From Spirochaetia bacterium (lineage in GTDB: Bacteria; Spirochaetota; Spirochaetia; SZUA-6; Bin103): DNA of 64,000 bases. The translations under genes and the position numbers were made by a program. Under the pieces are notes generated by a model, which was not told the DNA's origin, did not search any database, and saw only the letters and a program-made list of their open reading frames with translations. The stretch lies in assembly GCA_965198005.1 (NCBI GenBank), contig CBDAOI010000003.1, positions 288,001-352,000 of the forward strand. The letters run 5' to 3'. This document shows, piece after piece, positions 9,476 through 19,800 of this stretch; position 1 is the stretch's first letter; the number at the start of each line of letters is the position of its first letter.

Positions 9476-11218
9476 ATGCCTACGATTGACGTACACGATG
9501 AGTTGCTGGCCGGCCTGCTGGGCGAAATCCCCCCGGCCGCCGAGCTGGAGCGGCTGCTCTCCACCGCCAAGGCGGAGGTGGAGGGCTACGACCCCGCCAC
9601 CGGTGTGCGCCGGGTGGAGTTGAAGGACACCAGCCGGCCCGACCTGTGGTCCACGCCCGGCCTGGCCCGCCACCTGCGCTGCTACCGCGGCGCCCCGCTG
9701 CCGTTCTACCCGTTCATGGCGCGCGCCGAGGCGCCGCCCGCGACCGGCGAGCGCGCGGTACACGTGGATCCGGGCCTGGAGAATATCCGGCCCTGCATCG
9801 CCGCGTTTGCCGCCGCCGGTCCACCGTTGAGCGAGCCGTTGCTGCTGGAGCTGATTCAGTCCCAGGAAAAGCTGTGCGACAGCTACGGCCAGCGCCGCCG
9901 CGCCATCGCCATGGGCATCTACCGCGGCGCCGACATCGTCTGGCCGGTGCGCTACCGCGCCGCGCCGCCGGACACCCGCTTCGTGCCGCTCGGCTTCGAG
10001 CACGAGCTGTCGCTGACCGAGATCCTCGACCAGCATCCCAAGGGCCGGGACTACGGCCACATCGTGCGCGGCCTGCCGGCGTTCCCGTACCTGGAGGACG
10101 CCACCGGCCGCACGCTGTCGTTCCCGCCCATCATCAACAGCGCCGACCTCGGCAACGTGGGGGTGGGCGACAGCCGCTTCCTGGTCGAGCTCACCGGCCC
10201 CCACCTGGAGACCCTGCTGCTGGTGTGCGCCATCGCCGCCTGCGACCTGGCCGACGCCGGCTACGAGATCTTTCCCGTCACGGTCCGCTACCCCTACGCC
10301 ACCAGTCACGGCCGCGACCTGGTGACGCCGCTCTACTTCCAGCGCGAGACGACCCTGGAGCTGGCCACCGCCGAGCGCCTGCTGGGCGAGACCATCACTC
10401 CCGCCGAGGGGCGGCGCCTGGTAGAGCGAATGGGCAGCCGCGCACGCGTCGAGGGCGCCTCCCTGGTGGTGACCCCGCCCCCCTACCGCAACGACTTCCT
10501 GCACGCGGTGGACGTGGTCGAGGAGATCGCCATCGGCCGCGGTCTCGACACCTTCGAGCCGGAGTTGCCGGAGGAGTTCACCGCCGGCCATCTGACGCCG
10601 GAGACGCAGTTCGCCCGCGCGGTGCGCGAGCTGCTGGTGGGGCTCGGGTACCAGGAGATGATCTTCAATTACCTGGGCGCGCGGCGCGACTACACCGAGC
10701 GCATGAACGCGCCGGAGCGGCTGCTGGTGGAGGTGGCCAATCCGATGACCGAGAGTTATGCGGTGGTGCGCGACTCGATCATCCCCAACCTGCTGGCCGC
10801 CGAAACGAGCTCCCAGAACGCAGCCTATCCGCACCACATGTTCGAGGTGGGCAAGGTGGCGTTGCGCGACGCCGCCGATCCGTCCGGCTCGCGCACGGTC
10901 GATGTCTGCACGCTGCTGGTGGCGGACGGCACGGCCGGCTTCAACGACGCCGGCGCCCACCTCGCGGCGCTGCTGTTCTACCTTGGCGTCGAGCACCGGC
11001 TGGCGGAGTTGGACGACCCGCGCTTCATCCCCGGCCGCGCCGCGCAGGTCGAGGCGGCGCCGCCGGCCGCGGCCGGCGAACCGCGCGCCTGGTCGAGCAT
11101 CGGCGTGCTCGGCGAGCTGCACCCTGCCGTCCTGGAGCAGTGGTCGATCGGCATGCCGTGCGCGGCGGTGGAGTTGCACCTGGACGCGGTGCGCGCCGCG
11201 TTGCCGAGCGCCGGGTGA
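9476..11218 (+). CDS. pheT: Phenylalanine-tRNA ligase beta subunit, short archaeal type
   Basis: 580 aa; MPTI start, RPDLWS, SFPPIINS, RNDFLHAVDVVEEIAIG. Confidence 0.95.
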   Translation: MPTIDVHDELLAGLLGEIPPAAELERLLSTAKAEVEGYDPATGVRRVELKDTSRPDLWSTPGLARHLRCYRGAPLPFYPFMARAEAPPATGERAVHVDPGLENIRPCIAAFAAAGPPLSEPLLLELIQSQEKLCDSYGQRRRAIAMGIYRGADIVWPVRYRAAPPDTRFVPLGFEHELSLTEILDQHPKGRDYGHIVRGLPAFPYLEDATGRTLSFPPIINSADLGNVGVGDSRFLVELTGPHLETLLLVCAIAACDLADAGYEIFPVTVRYPYATSHGRDLVTPLYFQRETTLELATAERLLGETITPAEGRRLVERMGSRARVEGASLVVTPPPYRNDFLHAVDVVEEIAIGRGLDTFEPELPEEFTAGHLTPETQFARAVRELLVGLGYQEMIFNYLGARRDYTERMNAPERLLVEVANPMTESYAVVRDSIIPNLLAAETSSQNAAYPHHMFEVGKVALRDAADPSGSRTVDVCTLLVADGTAGFNDAGAHLAALLFYLGVEHRLAELDDPRFIPGRAAQVEAAPPAAAGEPRAWSSIGVLGELHPAVLEQWSIGMPCAAVELHLDAVRAALPSAG

Positions 11219-11261
11219 GGCGCGGACGGGGCGCCGGTTATCGCTGCCGCGGGAGGGCGTC

Positions 11262-12722
11262 ATGCTGACCCGTATCGAACTGGACGGCTTCAAGAATCTG
11301 GTCGAGTTCGCGCTGGATCTCGGGCCCTATACCTGTATTGCCGGCGTCAATGGCGCCGGCAAGTCCAACCTGTTCGACGCCATCCGGTTTCTCTCGCTGC
11401 TCACCGACCACACGATCAATCAGGCGGCGCGGCAGATTCGCAGTGCCGATCCGGACGCCGGGGAGATCGGCGACCTGTTGTTTACGGCAGGCGGCGAGAT
11501 CCGGGGCGGCATGACGCTGGCGGCGGAGATGATCGTGGACCGGCAGGTGGTGGATGACTTCGGCCGGCCGGGGGCTGCCTCGTCCACCTTCCTGCGGTAT
11601 GAGCTTGCCTTCCGCCACCAACCGCCATCCGGGCCGGCCGGGCCATTCGAGCCGGCCGGCGGCCTGGTTCTGGAGCGCGAGGTGCTGCGCCACGTCCCGT
11701 CGCATCAGGCCGCCAGGAAGCTGCGGTTCTCGCACTCCAGACCCGACTTTCGGCGCAGCGTGATCTACAACAAGCGACGGGGTCCGGGTTACGTCTCCAC
11801 CGCCGGGGACGGGGCGTCGGAGCCGGCTCAGATCGTCATCCACCGGGACGGCGGCGCCGGACACGCCCGCCCGCCGGCGCCGGCGGCTCGCGCGCCACGC
11901 ACCGCGGTCGGCACCGAGCATACCGCCGCCACCCCCACCATGCTGGCGGCGCGGCGCGAGATGCAGGCTTGGCGCGTGCTGGCGCTGGACCCCGCGGCCA
12001 TGCGCCGGCCCGACACGTTCACCGACGAACCGGGCATCGCGGCCGACGGCCGGCACCTCCCGGTCACCCTGCACCATCTGGCCCGGCAGGCCGCCACCAC
12101 CGGGAGCGGGGAAGCCGTGCCCGGCGAGCCCGGCGGCGACGTCCTGCACCGGATTGCCCGCCGCTTGTCCGGCCTGATGCCGGTCGAAGCCGTGCGCGCG
12201 GTGAGCGACGACCTGCGCCGGCTCCATACCCTGGAGCTAAGACAGCGCTCCGGCGTACGCCTGCGAGCCGGTTCCATTGCCGACGGCACGCTGCGATTCC
12301 TGGCCCTGGCCACCATCGCCGAAACCACCGGCGGGGGCGTGTATTGCGTTGAGGAGCCGGAGAACGGCATCCACCCGGCCAAGCTGCCGGCCTTGAATCG
12401 GCTGCTGCACGACATCGCGGTCGACCTCGACCGGCCGGTCGGCGCAGCCAATCCGCTACGCCAGGTGCTGGTCGCCACCCACTCCCCCTACTTCGTGCAA
12501 CTCCAGCGCGACGATGAATTGCTGCTGGCCGCCAACCCGGCCGCCGCGCCGCTGCAACTGCTTCCCGTCCAAGGCTCGTGGCGCGCGCGCCCCGGCCGGT
12601 CGGCAGGCGTTGCCCGCACCCGTCCCCGTACCGCCACCCGGCACGACCTGGAGCCCTATCTGATGCCGCCGGTCGACATCCAGCTCCGGTTCCCGGCCGA
12701 GTTCTGGCCCGAAACCCCGTAG
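11262..12722 (+). CDS. ABC/SMC-like ATPase (AAA_21/AAA_15 type)
   Basis: Walker A GVNGAGKS, IADGTLRFL, CVEEPENGIHP, ATHSP. Confidence 0.85.
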   Translation: MLTRIELDGFKNLVEFALDLGPYTCIAGVNGAGKSNLFDAIRFLSLLTDHTINQAARQIRSADPDAGEIGDLLFTAGGEIRGGMTLAAEMIVDRQVVDDFGRPGAASSTFLRYELAFRHQPPSGPAGPFEPAGGLVLEREVLRHVPSHQAARKLRFSHSRPDFRRSVIYNKRRGPGYVSTAGDGASEPAQIVIHRDGGAGHARPPAPAARAPRTAVGTEHTAATPTMLAARREMQAWRVLALDPAAMRRPDTFTDEPGIAADGRHLPVTLHHLARQAATTGSGEAVPGEPGGDVLHRIARRLSGLMPVEAVRAVSDDLRRLHTLELRQRSGVRLRAGSIADGTLRFLALATIAETTGGGVYCVEEPENGIHPAKLPALNRLLHDIAVDLDRPVGAANPLRQVLVATHSPYFVQLQRDDELLLAANPAAAPLQLLPVQGSWRARPGRSAGVARTRPRTATRHDLEPYLMPPVDIQLRFPAEFWPETP

Positions 12723-12737
12723 CGGCAGCACCCCTAC

Positions 12738-13364
12738 CTACGCGACCGGCTGGCGCAGGATAGTCTTGAGCTTCTCGGGCGCGGTGCGATTCGGGTCGTT
12801 CAGATAGGTGTCGTGGTGACGACCGGCCGGCGTCAGTCCCTCGGCGGCGATGAACTGGTGCAGGCGGCGGATGGCGGCTCTCAGATCGGTATAGGGGCCG
12901 ACGTATAGGAGTTGCGCCGCGCGGCCGCCGGCGATGGCGGCCCGGCGCAGCCGCGGCAGCATCGGGTTGGCGGGAGATTCCTTCCTGGCCAGCGCGGTTG
13001 CCGCCGCGACGCCGGCCGCCACGTCGGCGGCGGTCACGAAGTCGGGCAGCATGATCATCGCTCGCCAGCGCGTCGTGTCCGGGCGCGCCAGCGGATCGCA
13101 CGAGGCGCCCGCCTCGTCCCACCACTCGGTCTCCAGCGGCGCCACGACGAAGTCGGGCGCAAGCGCCTGCTTCCTGCGCGCGAACTTGATCTTGTAGGCG
13201 ACCGCGTAGAGCGCCCCAACCGCGTCCTGGAAATGCTCGTCCGCCGGCGCCCCCGTGCCCTCCACCGCCAGGCAGGTACGCTCCGGCAGCGCGATCAGCG
13301 CGGGCGATGCCTTCGCCGTGAACAACTCGCGGTGCTGCTTCTTCAGGTCAATCTTGTCGGGCAA
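12738..13364 (-). CDS. GyrI-like small-molecule-binding domain protein
   Basis: KIDLKKQHRELF, ALYAVAYKIKF, PLETEWW, YLNDPNRTAPEKLKTILRQPV; TTG start after GGAG. Confidence 0.85.
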   Translation of the reverse strand: MPDKIDLKKQHRELFTAKASPALIALPERTCLAVEGTGAPADEHFQDAVGALYAVAYKIKFARRKQALAPDFVVAPLETEWWDEAGASCDPLARPDTTRWRAMIMLPDFVTAADVAAGVAAATALARKESPANPMLPRLRRAAIAGGRAAQLLYVGPYTDLRAAIRRLHQFIAAEGLTPAGRHHDTYLNDPNRTAPEKLKTILRQPVA

Positions 13365-13557
13365 ACCTTCGTCTCCGTCACACCATGCCTGCCCGGACGA
13401 TCGCTCAGACGGCACGTCAAGACAGGCTGCGGCACGCAATATAGCGTCAATCCCGCGCCCCCGCCTACCGGACGCCGCCACCACGCTCCGGCGGAGTGGA
13501 CGGAGCGGACGGGCCGGCTTCGCCGAGAGAAGCGGCGACTGGCTCAACGCCAATGCG

Positions 13558-13590
13558 GCTCTTGAGTAAAATAACTCAAGAGCGTACATT
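13558..13590 (+). promoter_or_regulatory. Sigma70-type promoter overlapped by a 10-6-10 palindromic operator
   Basis: GCTCTTGAGT-aaaata-ACTCAAGAGC; TTGAGT-17-TACATT upstream of GTG at 13600. Confidence 0.7.
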
Positions 13591-13599
13591 GTCCGGGTA

Positions 13600-14856
13600 G
13601 TGGTCTACCATCGTGCACAGCTCTCGACCCTGAAAGCCCGCCTCCGCGAGCCTCCCGACCGGATCATTGCTCTGTTCGGGCCGCGGCAGACCGGCAAGAG
13701 CACCATCGCGCGTGCGGTGCTGCGTCCGACCGACCACTACCTTCCGGTAGATAAACCCGACCCGACGGGAGTCGGCTTCACGGACGCGGACGCGGACAAC
13801 GTCACGGTCGCCGATCAGCAAAAGCGAGACACCCGCTGGCTGGTGCGCAATTGGGAGAGGGCGCGGCTCGATGCGGAACGGCTACCGCAGGGCTGCATTC
13901 TGGTGGTCGACGAGATTCACAAGATTCCGGAGTGGTCGGAGACCGTCAAGGGACTGTGGGATGCCGACCGCGCCAGGGGGTGCCCGCTGCAGGTGGTGAT
14001 CCTCGGTTCCGCGCCGCTGCTGATCCAGTCGGGGTTGAGTGAGAGCCTCACCGGGCGGTTCGAGCCGATCCACGTTCCCCATTGGTCGTTCGGGGAGATG
14101 GCGGCGGCCTTCGGCTTCGACCTGCCGGCCTATCTCTACTTCGGCGGCTATCCGGGCGCCGCGAGCCTGGCGCGCGACGAGGAGCGGTGGCGCAACTACG
14201 TGCTCGGCGGAATCGTCGAGCCGACTGTCGAGCGCGACCTCCTGGCGCTCACCCGGGTCGACAAGCCGGCGCTGCTGAAACGGCTGGTTGAATTGGCCGC
14301 CGCCCATTCGGGGCAGGTACTCTCCTATACCAAGATGCTGGGCCAGCTTTGGGACGCCGGCAATACGACCACCCTAGCGCGCTACCTCGACCTGTTGGGG
14401 AGCGCCGGTCTGATCGCCGGACTGCAGAAGTACGCGGGGAGCGCCGTGAGACGCCGCGGATCGAGCCCGAAACTCAACGTCCTCAACAACGCCCTGATGA
14501 CCGCCGCCTCCGGCTACTCCTTCGCCGAGGCGCAGGCCGACCGCACGTTCTGGGGCCGCATCGTGGAGAGTGCCGTTGGCGCCCACCTGTACAACACCGC
14601 GACGCTCGACATTCGAGTGCTGTACTGGAGAGACGGCCTGCGCGAGGTCGATTTCGTCCTGCAACGCGGCCCCAAGCTGGTCGCCATCGAAGTAAAGAGC
14701 GGGCCACCGCGACGAACGGATTCGCGGGCGCTGGATGCCTTTGCCACGCGTTTTCGAGGGTCAACGACCCTGCGCTGTTTGCTGGTGGGACCTGGTGGTA
14801 TCCCCCTCAACGAGTTCCTGACGGCGCCCGCCGCTGCGTGGTTCGAGAAAGCATGA
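13600..14856 (+). CDS. AAA_14-type ATPase with C-terminal DUF4143 (PD-(D/E)XK-like) domain
   Basis: GPRQTGKS, VVDEIHK, LGSA, FGGYPG, EVDFV..AIEVKS. Confidence 0.88.
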   Translation: MVYHRAQLSTLKARLREPPDRIIALFGPRQTGKSTIARAVLRPTDHYLPVDKPDPTGVGFTDADADNVTVADQQKRDTRWLVRNWERARLDAERLPQGCILVVDEIHKIPEWSETVKGLWDADRARGCPLQVVILGSAPLLIQSGLSESLTGRFEPIHVPHWSFGEMAAAFGFDLPAYLYFGGYPGAASLARDEERWRNYVLGGIVEPTVERDLLALTRVDKPALLKRLVELAAAHSGQVLSYTKMLGQLWDAGNTTTLARYLDLLGSAGLIAGLQKYAGSAVRRRGSSPKLNVLNNALMTAASGYSFAEAQADRTFWGRIVESAVGAHLYNTATLDIRVLYWRDGLREVDFVLQRGPKLVAIEVKSGPPRRTDSRALDAFATRFRGSTTLRCLLVGPGGIPLNEFLTAPAAAWFEKA

Positions 14857-17800
14857 TTCCCGTACATCGTACCTGCACCGAAGTCCTCGCTGCCGGCAGC
14901 GATCGACGGCGCTCGCCGGAGTCGCATCCGCTGAAGGACTATCGAGACGTTCCCGCGTACGTGCTGCTTGGCGACCCTGGAGCCGGCAAGACCACCGCGT
15001 TCAAGATGGAGTACGAGGCGCTCGCCGACAGCGCGTGCCTCATTGATGCGCGCGACTTCGTAACATTCGATCCGGAGGCGCACCACGAGTGGCGTGGCAA
15101 GACGCTCTTCATAGACGCGTTGGATGAGGTGCGCGCCGGTTCGCACGACGCAAGGACACCGTTCGACGCAATCCGCAGTCGCCTCGACAAGCTGGGCAGG
15201 CCGCGTTTCCGCCTCTCGTGCCGGGAAGCTGACTGGCTCCGTGAGAACGACCGCAAGCGTCTGGCCTCCGTGGCGCCGCACGACTCCCGCGTCACGGTCC
15301 TCCGTCTTGATCCGCTGCAACGCGCGGATGTTAAGAGCATCCTTGACGCCCGCACGGAGATCACGGACGCCCGTGGGTTCATCGACCAAGCCTCGGCGCG
15401 AGGGGTGGATGCTCTGCTGGGGAATCCGCTGACCCTGCGCCTTCTGGCGGATGTCGTGAGCCGCGAGCGACGTTGGCCGCGAAGTCGCCTAGAGCTGTTT
15501 GAGCTGGCCGGCATGCTCCTGACCACGGAGCGCGACAAAGAGCACATTACGGCAGATCCTCAACCGCCGTCTTCCGAGCTTCTGGACGCCGCCGGGCGTC
15601 TGTGCGCTGTCCTTCTGATCTCCGGTGCGACGGGTTACGCCCTGGGCTACGGTCAGGCAAACGCGGAATTCCTCGACATCAGTCAGTGCGAGTACGAAGC
15701 ACGCCAACTCCTGCGCTCAGCCCTGGCCACGAGGTTGTTCACGGCCAGGGCCGAAGGCTGCTTCGCACCTGTTCACCGTCACATCGCCGAGTTTGTCGGC
15801 GCCAAGCATCTCGCCCGGGTGATCCGTGAAGGTCTGCCGGCTTCCCGTATCATAGCCCTACTGACGGGGTACGACGGCGGCGTGCTTAGCAACCTGCGCG
15901 CCGTTGCCGCGTGGCTCGCGGCCTTGAGTGAAGACGCGCAGGCGGAGGCAACGACGGATCGCCGCACGGCTCGAGACTATCTCAGACACGCTCGAGATCA
16001 TGGCGTACCGCTTGACATTCTGCTGGACCGTACGAGACACAGCGAGATACTTCGCGAAGAGATGAGCGAGTTGCTCGTCTGTCACTTACGGCCTGGAGAC
16101 TTCGATGCCTCTCAAGTAGGGCACAGTTTTCTGAATGAGAGTGAAAAACAGTGTCGAGAGTTCATTGAGCTGGTTCGTTCGAACGTCGATGCTCTGCACG
16201 AGAATCGGTGCCCAGTGGGACTACTCCACGAGCTTGCGGTTGCATACTTTGGACTCTCGTCGGATGTCGAGGGCCCTGATCCAAGAGCGCGGATCAGCGA
16301 TCTGTGTGACAGTGATGAGCTCTTGATCGACGCTACACTTGCCGGCCTCCGCGGCGCCCCGTTCCGAAAAGACACTCCCGATACTCGCAAGATCATCGGC
16401 CTGTTGAAATTCGAAAAGGAGTATCTTGTTGCGCTTCCTTGGCTTGCGGGTATAGATGAGCTCGACGATCTGCGCGTGCTGAGCGAGCGGCAGTTGCGCC
16501 AGGGTCTTGCATTCCACTTTTGCTCGTCGGTTGAGGACAGGCTGAACCGACAGCGGCGCCTGCTGGAGCTGGACCACGAAGCCGGTGCCGAGATGCTTGT
16601 GAGGTGCACTAGCGCCAAGATGCGCAGCGGTGTGTACGACGCTGAGGTTGCTCGCCACCTTGCCACAGATGAACACGCATCGGTGGCAAGGCGTGCCGTG
16701 TTGCCCCTCCTGCGTGCGTTCCCGGTGCGCTGCTCGCAGCCAGTGCCCTTGATCATGCTCGATGATCTACTCGTTGCTGCTCTCTGGAGAGTGGATAGAA
16801 CAGCGTTGGTGGAGTTGATCACCAAGAAACGGTCACGGACCAGCATGAGCGTTTCCCAGCGGGTGCACTGGTTGGCGGCCGAAGTCGTTGCGACGGGCGA
16901 CATTAGCACCGACCGGTTGCGAGAATTCGTTCAGCGTCGGGAACGGCGTATTGCTCAGTTGGCGGAATTCCTGTTCGCGGCGGATTCTCTGCTCGCCGAC
17001 TTGCCTGCACCGGCCCTGGCATGCTTCATCCGGCTGCTCGCGCCATCGACTCGGCCGCTCGGAGGAACGGCGTCGCACCTGATTGGCGCGGAATACAAGG
17101 CATACCGGTCCGTTGAGCGCATGATCAAGGCGCTTGCCGTCCACGACGGCACCGACGGACAGACGGTGGAGAATCTGGAACTACTCGCCGCAGACCCGAC
17201 CCAAGGCGAATGGCGATATTCGCTGGCCGCAGCACGGGACCGCCAGCGCGTGATCCGCCGCGACGCTGCCTACCGTCATCCTACGGTTGTGGACGTGTGC
17301 CAGACGCTGAGCGGTGGAGCACCTGCCAGCGCCTGTGACTTGGCAGCGCTGTTGGTAGACCGTTTTGCCAGCCTGGGTCAACGGATCCGCAGTGGCGATA
17401 CGGATGACTGGCGCCAGTACTGGAACGTCGACGAGTATGGGCGACCGCTCGAACCAAGACCTGAGAACGTGGGACGTGACGCGCTGTTGTCCGACCTAGA
17501 GCCGCACCTTCCCCCGGGCGTTAGAGCGCGCCGCGAAGGATCATATTCTCACGACAAGCGAGCGGATATTTTCGTCACTTGTCGACACTTCGAAGTGCCG
17601 GTGGAGATCAAGAGGAGTAGGCACAAGGATCTTTGGAGTGCCATGCGCAATCAACTGATCGCCCAATACACGAATCACCCTGCCACGGACGGATACGGGA
17701 TATTCTTAGCGTTCTGGTTCGGGAGAGACTACATACAGCCGCCGCCCGAGGGCTCCAAACCTGCAGACCCAGACGAGTTGCGGGCGCGCCTTGGGGGTAC

Positions 17801-17861
17801 CCTCACGGAGGCCGAGCGGCGCAAGATTTCGGTGGTGGTAATCGACGTTAGCCGAGAGTAG
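14853..17861 (+). CDS. STAND/NACHT-like NTPase with C-terminal PD-(D/E)XK nuclease-like domain
   Basis: LLGDPGAGKT, FIDALDE, LSCR, GNPLTL, VHRHIAEF; C-terminal KRADI..VPVEIK; ATGA overlap with upstream gene. Confidence 0.78.
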   Translation: MIPVHRTCTEVLAAGSDRRRSPESHPLKDYRDVPAYVLLGDPGAGKTTAFKMEYEALADSACLIDARDFVTFDPEAHHEWRGKTLFIDALDEVRAGSHDARTPFDAIRSRLDKLGRPRFRLSCREADWLRENDRKRLASVAPHDSRVTVLRLDPLQRADVKSILDARTEITDARGFIDQASARGVDALLGNPLTLRLLADVVSRERRWPRSRLELFELAGMLLTTERDKEHITADPQPPSSELLDAAGRLCAVLLISGATGYALGYGQANAEFLDISQCEYEARQLLRSALATRLFTARAEGCFAPVHRHIAEFVGAKHLARVIREGLPASRIIALLTGYDGGVLSNLRAVAAWLAALSEDAQAEATTDRRTARDYLRHARDHGVPLDILLDRTRHSEILREEMSELLVCHLRPGDFDASQVGHSFLNESEKQCREFIELVRSNVDALHENRCPVGLLHELAVAYFGLSSDVEGPDPRARISDLCDSDELLIDATLAGLRGAPFRKDTPDTRKIIGLLKFEKEYLVALPWLAGIDELDDLRVLSERQLRQGLAFHFCSSVEDRLNRQRRLLELDHEAGAEMLVRCTSAKMRSGVYDAEVARHLATDEHASVARRAVLPLLRAFPVRCSQPVPLIMLDDLLVAALWRVDRTALVELITKKRSRTSMSVSQRVHWLAAEVVATGDISTDRLREFVQRRERRIAQLAEFLFAADSLLADLPAPALACFIRLLAPSTRPLGGTASHLIGAEYKAYRSVERMIKALAVHDGTDGQTVENLELLAADPTQGEWRYSLAAARDRQRVIRRDAAYRHPTVVDVCQTLSGGAPASACDLAALLVDRFASLGQRIRSGDTDDWRQYWNVDEYGRPLEPRPENVGRDALLSDLEPHLPPGVRARREGSYSHDKRADIFVTCRHFEVPVEIKRSRHKDLWSAMRNQLIAQYTNHPATDGYGIFLAFWFGRDYIQPPPEGSKPADPDELRARLGGTLTEAERRKISVVVIDVSRE

Positions 17862-17899
17862 CAACTCGACCGGCCTTGTGTGCCGGGCAATCGGTCTCG

Positions 17900-18773
17900 T
17901 CAGTCCGCGGCAGGCCGCGGCTCGTGATGGCCAGTGCGGGTTGCGACGAGGCTGGCGAGAATGATGACTGCGGTTCCGGCAACCATGAACCAGTCGATGC
18001 GTTCGTCCCATAGAATCCAAGCGATCCCGGCGGCGAAGAAGACGGACGTATAGTTGAGGGTGCTGACGCGGTCTGCCGGGGCGATGAGGCACCCGCGTGC
18101 GAAGAGCACATGCGCGGCTGTGGAGAAGACGCCAAGCATGACGAGCGCGGGCCACGTCTCGACCGGCGGCAAGCGAGGGGTGAGGAAGAGTGCCGGGCCA
18201 GCGGTAATGAGGATGCCGATCAGCGCGAAGTAGACGGCGATACGGGTGGCGTCCTCATGTCTCGGCATGCGCCATAACGCCACGATCGCGAGTCCGCCGA
18301 GCACACCTGCGGCGAGCCCGATCAAGGCGGCGGGTTGGAAGAAGGCCGTGCCAGGCTTGAGGATGAGAGCTGCTCCTGCGAAGCCGGAAGCGGAACAGCA
18401 GCAATCCGAGAATCGGCACGAAGATCGGCGCGCTGAAGTTGAGAAGGACGGCTTCGGCCAAGGGAATCAGGGTGACCGCATAGTAATAGAACAACAGCGA
18501 CACCACGACAGTCACGCCGCGCATCACGATGAGGCCCGCATGCGCCGGGCGCGAAGACTCCGGCCAGCGCATCACAACCCACGGAGTCAGAATGACCAAG
18601 CTGAGAGTATTGCGCCAGAAGAGAACCTCGACGCTCGAGAGGGTCGTTGCGGCCATCCCAATCGCCATGCCCGCCAGGGCGAACATGAGCCCCGCTGCAG
18701 CCACCAAGCAGGCACCTGCAAGCAGCTGCCTGCGATCCGGGCCGGTCTCTGGAACAGCTGCCTGATTATCCAT
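17900..18773 (-). pseudogene. EamA/DMT transporter, frameshifted near 18370
   Basis: Hydrophobic helices, PLAEAVLLNFSAPIF in one frame; second half in ORF 17900..18325. Confidence 0.8.
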
Positions 18774-18869
18774 CTGCCTTGCTTCGCACGGTACACGAAC
18801 GCTCCCGCAACGGCAGCAGCTCCTCCGAGACACCCGCGTGGTGGCACACACAGTGCTTGTTGGCGATGC

Positions 18870-19132
18870 TTCTGGTGGTTCGTCTCCAGGCCCGTCGAAG
18901 CGATGCGGCAGGTGTCCGGTGAGCAGGCTGTAGCGCGACGGCACGCACACCGGGTTGGCCGCGTAGGTCAGATCGAAGCAGGTGCCCTCGCGCGCCAGCC
19001 GGTGCAGCGCCGGCGTGCGCACGTACCGGTCTCCGGCATATCCCGCCAGCCGTGGTACTGCTCATCGGTGGTGATCAGCAGAATGTTGGGCTGCCTCACA
19101 CGGGTGCGCGCAACATCCGCGTCATCAATCAT
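18870..19132 (-). pseudogene. Sulfatase N-terminal fragment
   Basis: PNILLITTDEQ; RTPALHRLAREG..NPVCVPSRYSLLTG (CxPSR motif); frameshifted and truncated. Confidence 0.8.
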
Positions 19133-19138
19133 GCGGCC

Positions 19139-19673
19139 TCAGGTGCGGGCGAACAGGTAGGCGCGACTGCGCCGCCCCACCAGCTCAATGGCTGTCGACG
19201 ACGCTGATGCCGCGCCGCCGCCAACTGCCGTGGCCGGCGGCGCAGCGCAGTTCCTCTACCTCGACCAGCAGCACCTCAAAGCTGAAGTTGGGGTTGCCGA
19301 TCAGGTGCAGGATCCGCACCAGCTCCGCGAACAGGTCGCGGTAGGCACCCCGTTTCGGCGAAGCCCGCCGGCGCAGCACACGGCCGTCCGGGCCGATGGT
19401 CACGATCCACTTGCGCCGCGCGACGGGATGCACCAGCCGTACGCGGTGGCCGCGCACCAGCCGGGTCAACTTGCGCGCCAGCTTCCCGAAGCTGGCGGTC
19501 TGAATCTCGATCAGGGTGTCGCTCCGCACCAGGTCGATGACGTAGCCCTCCACCGGCACCTCGGTGCGGTCGCCCGGTAGCCTGTACCAGCGCTTCAGAG
19601 CCGCGTGCAGCGACCGCTCCGGCAACTCGCCTATGGCGTTTGCGCCGGCGGCCGCGGCGACCACATCAGACAT
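19139..19673 (-). pseudogene. Copy 1 of PD-(D/E)XK-like hypothetical gene with a 170-bp internal deletion
   Basis: Colinear with 21889..22593 at both ends; 535 vs 705 bp. Confidence 0.88.
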
Positions 19674-19800
19674 GGTTCCTCCCGTTTACCAGTATCCGCT
19701 GCGAGACCGTGCCGGCCCCGAGACCTCGTCCCGGTATTGTTGAGATGAATGACTGGTGTGTGTTGAGGTTGCCGTTTCTGTTACCATGATCGTATCGGCC

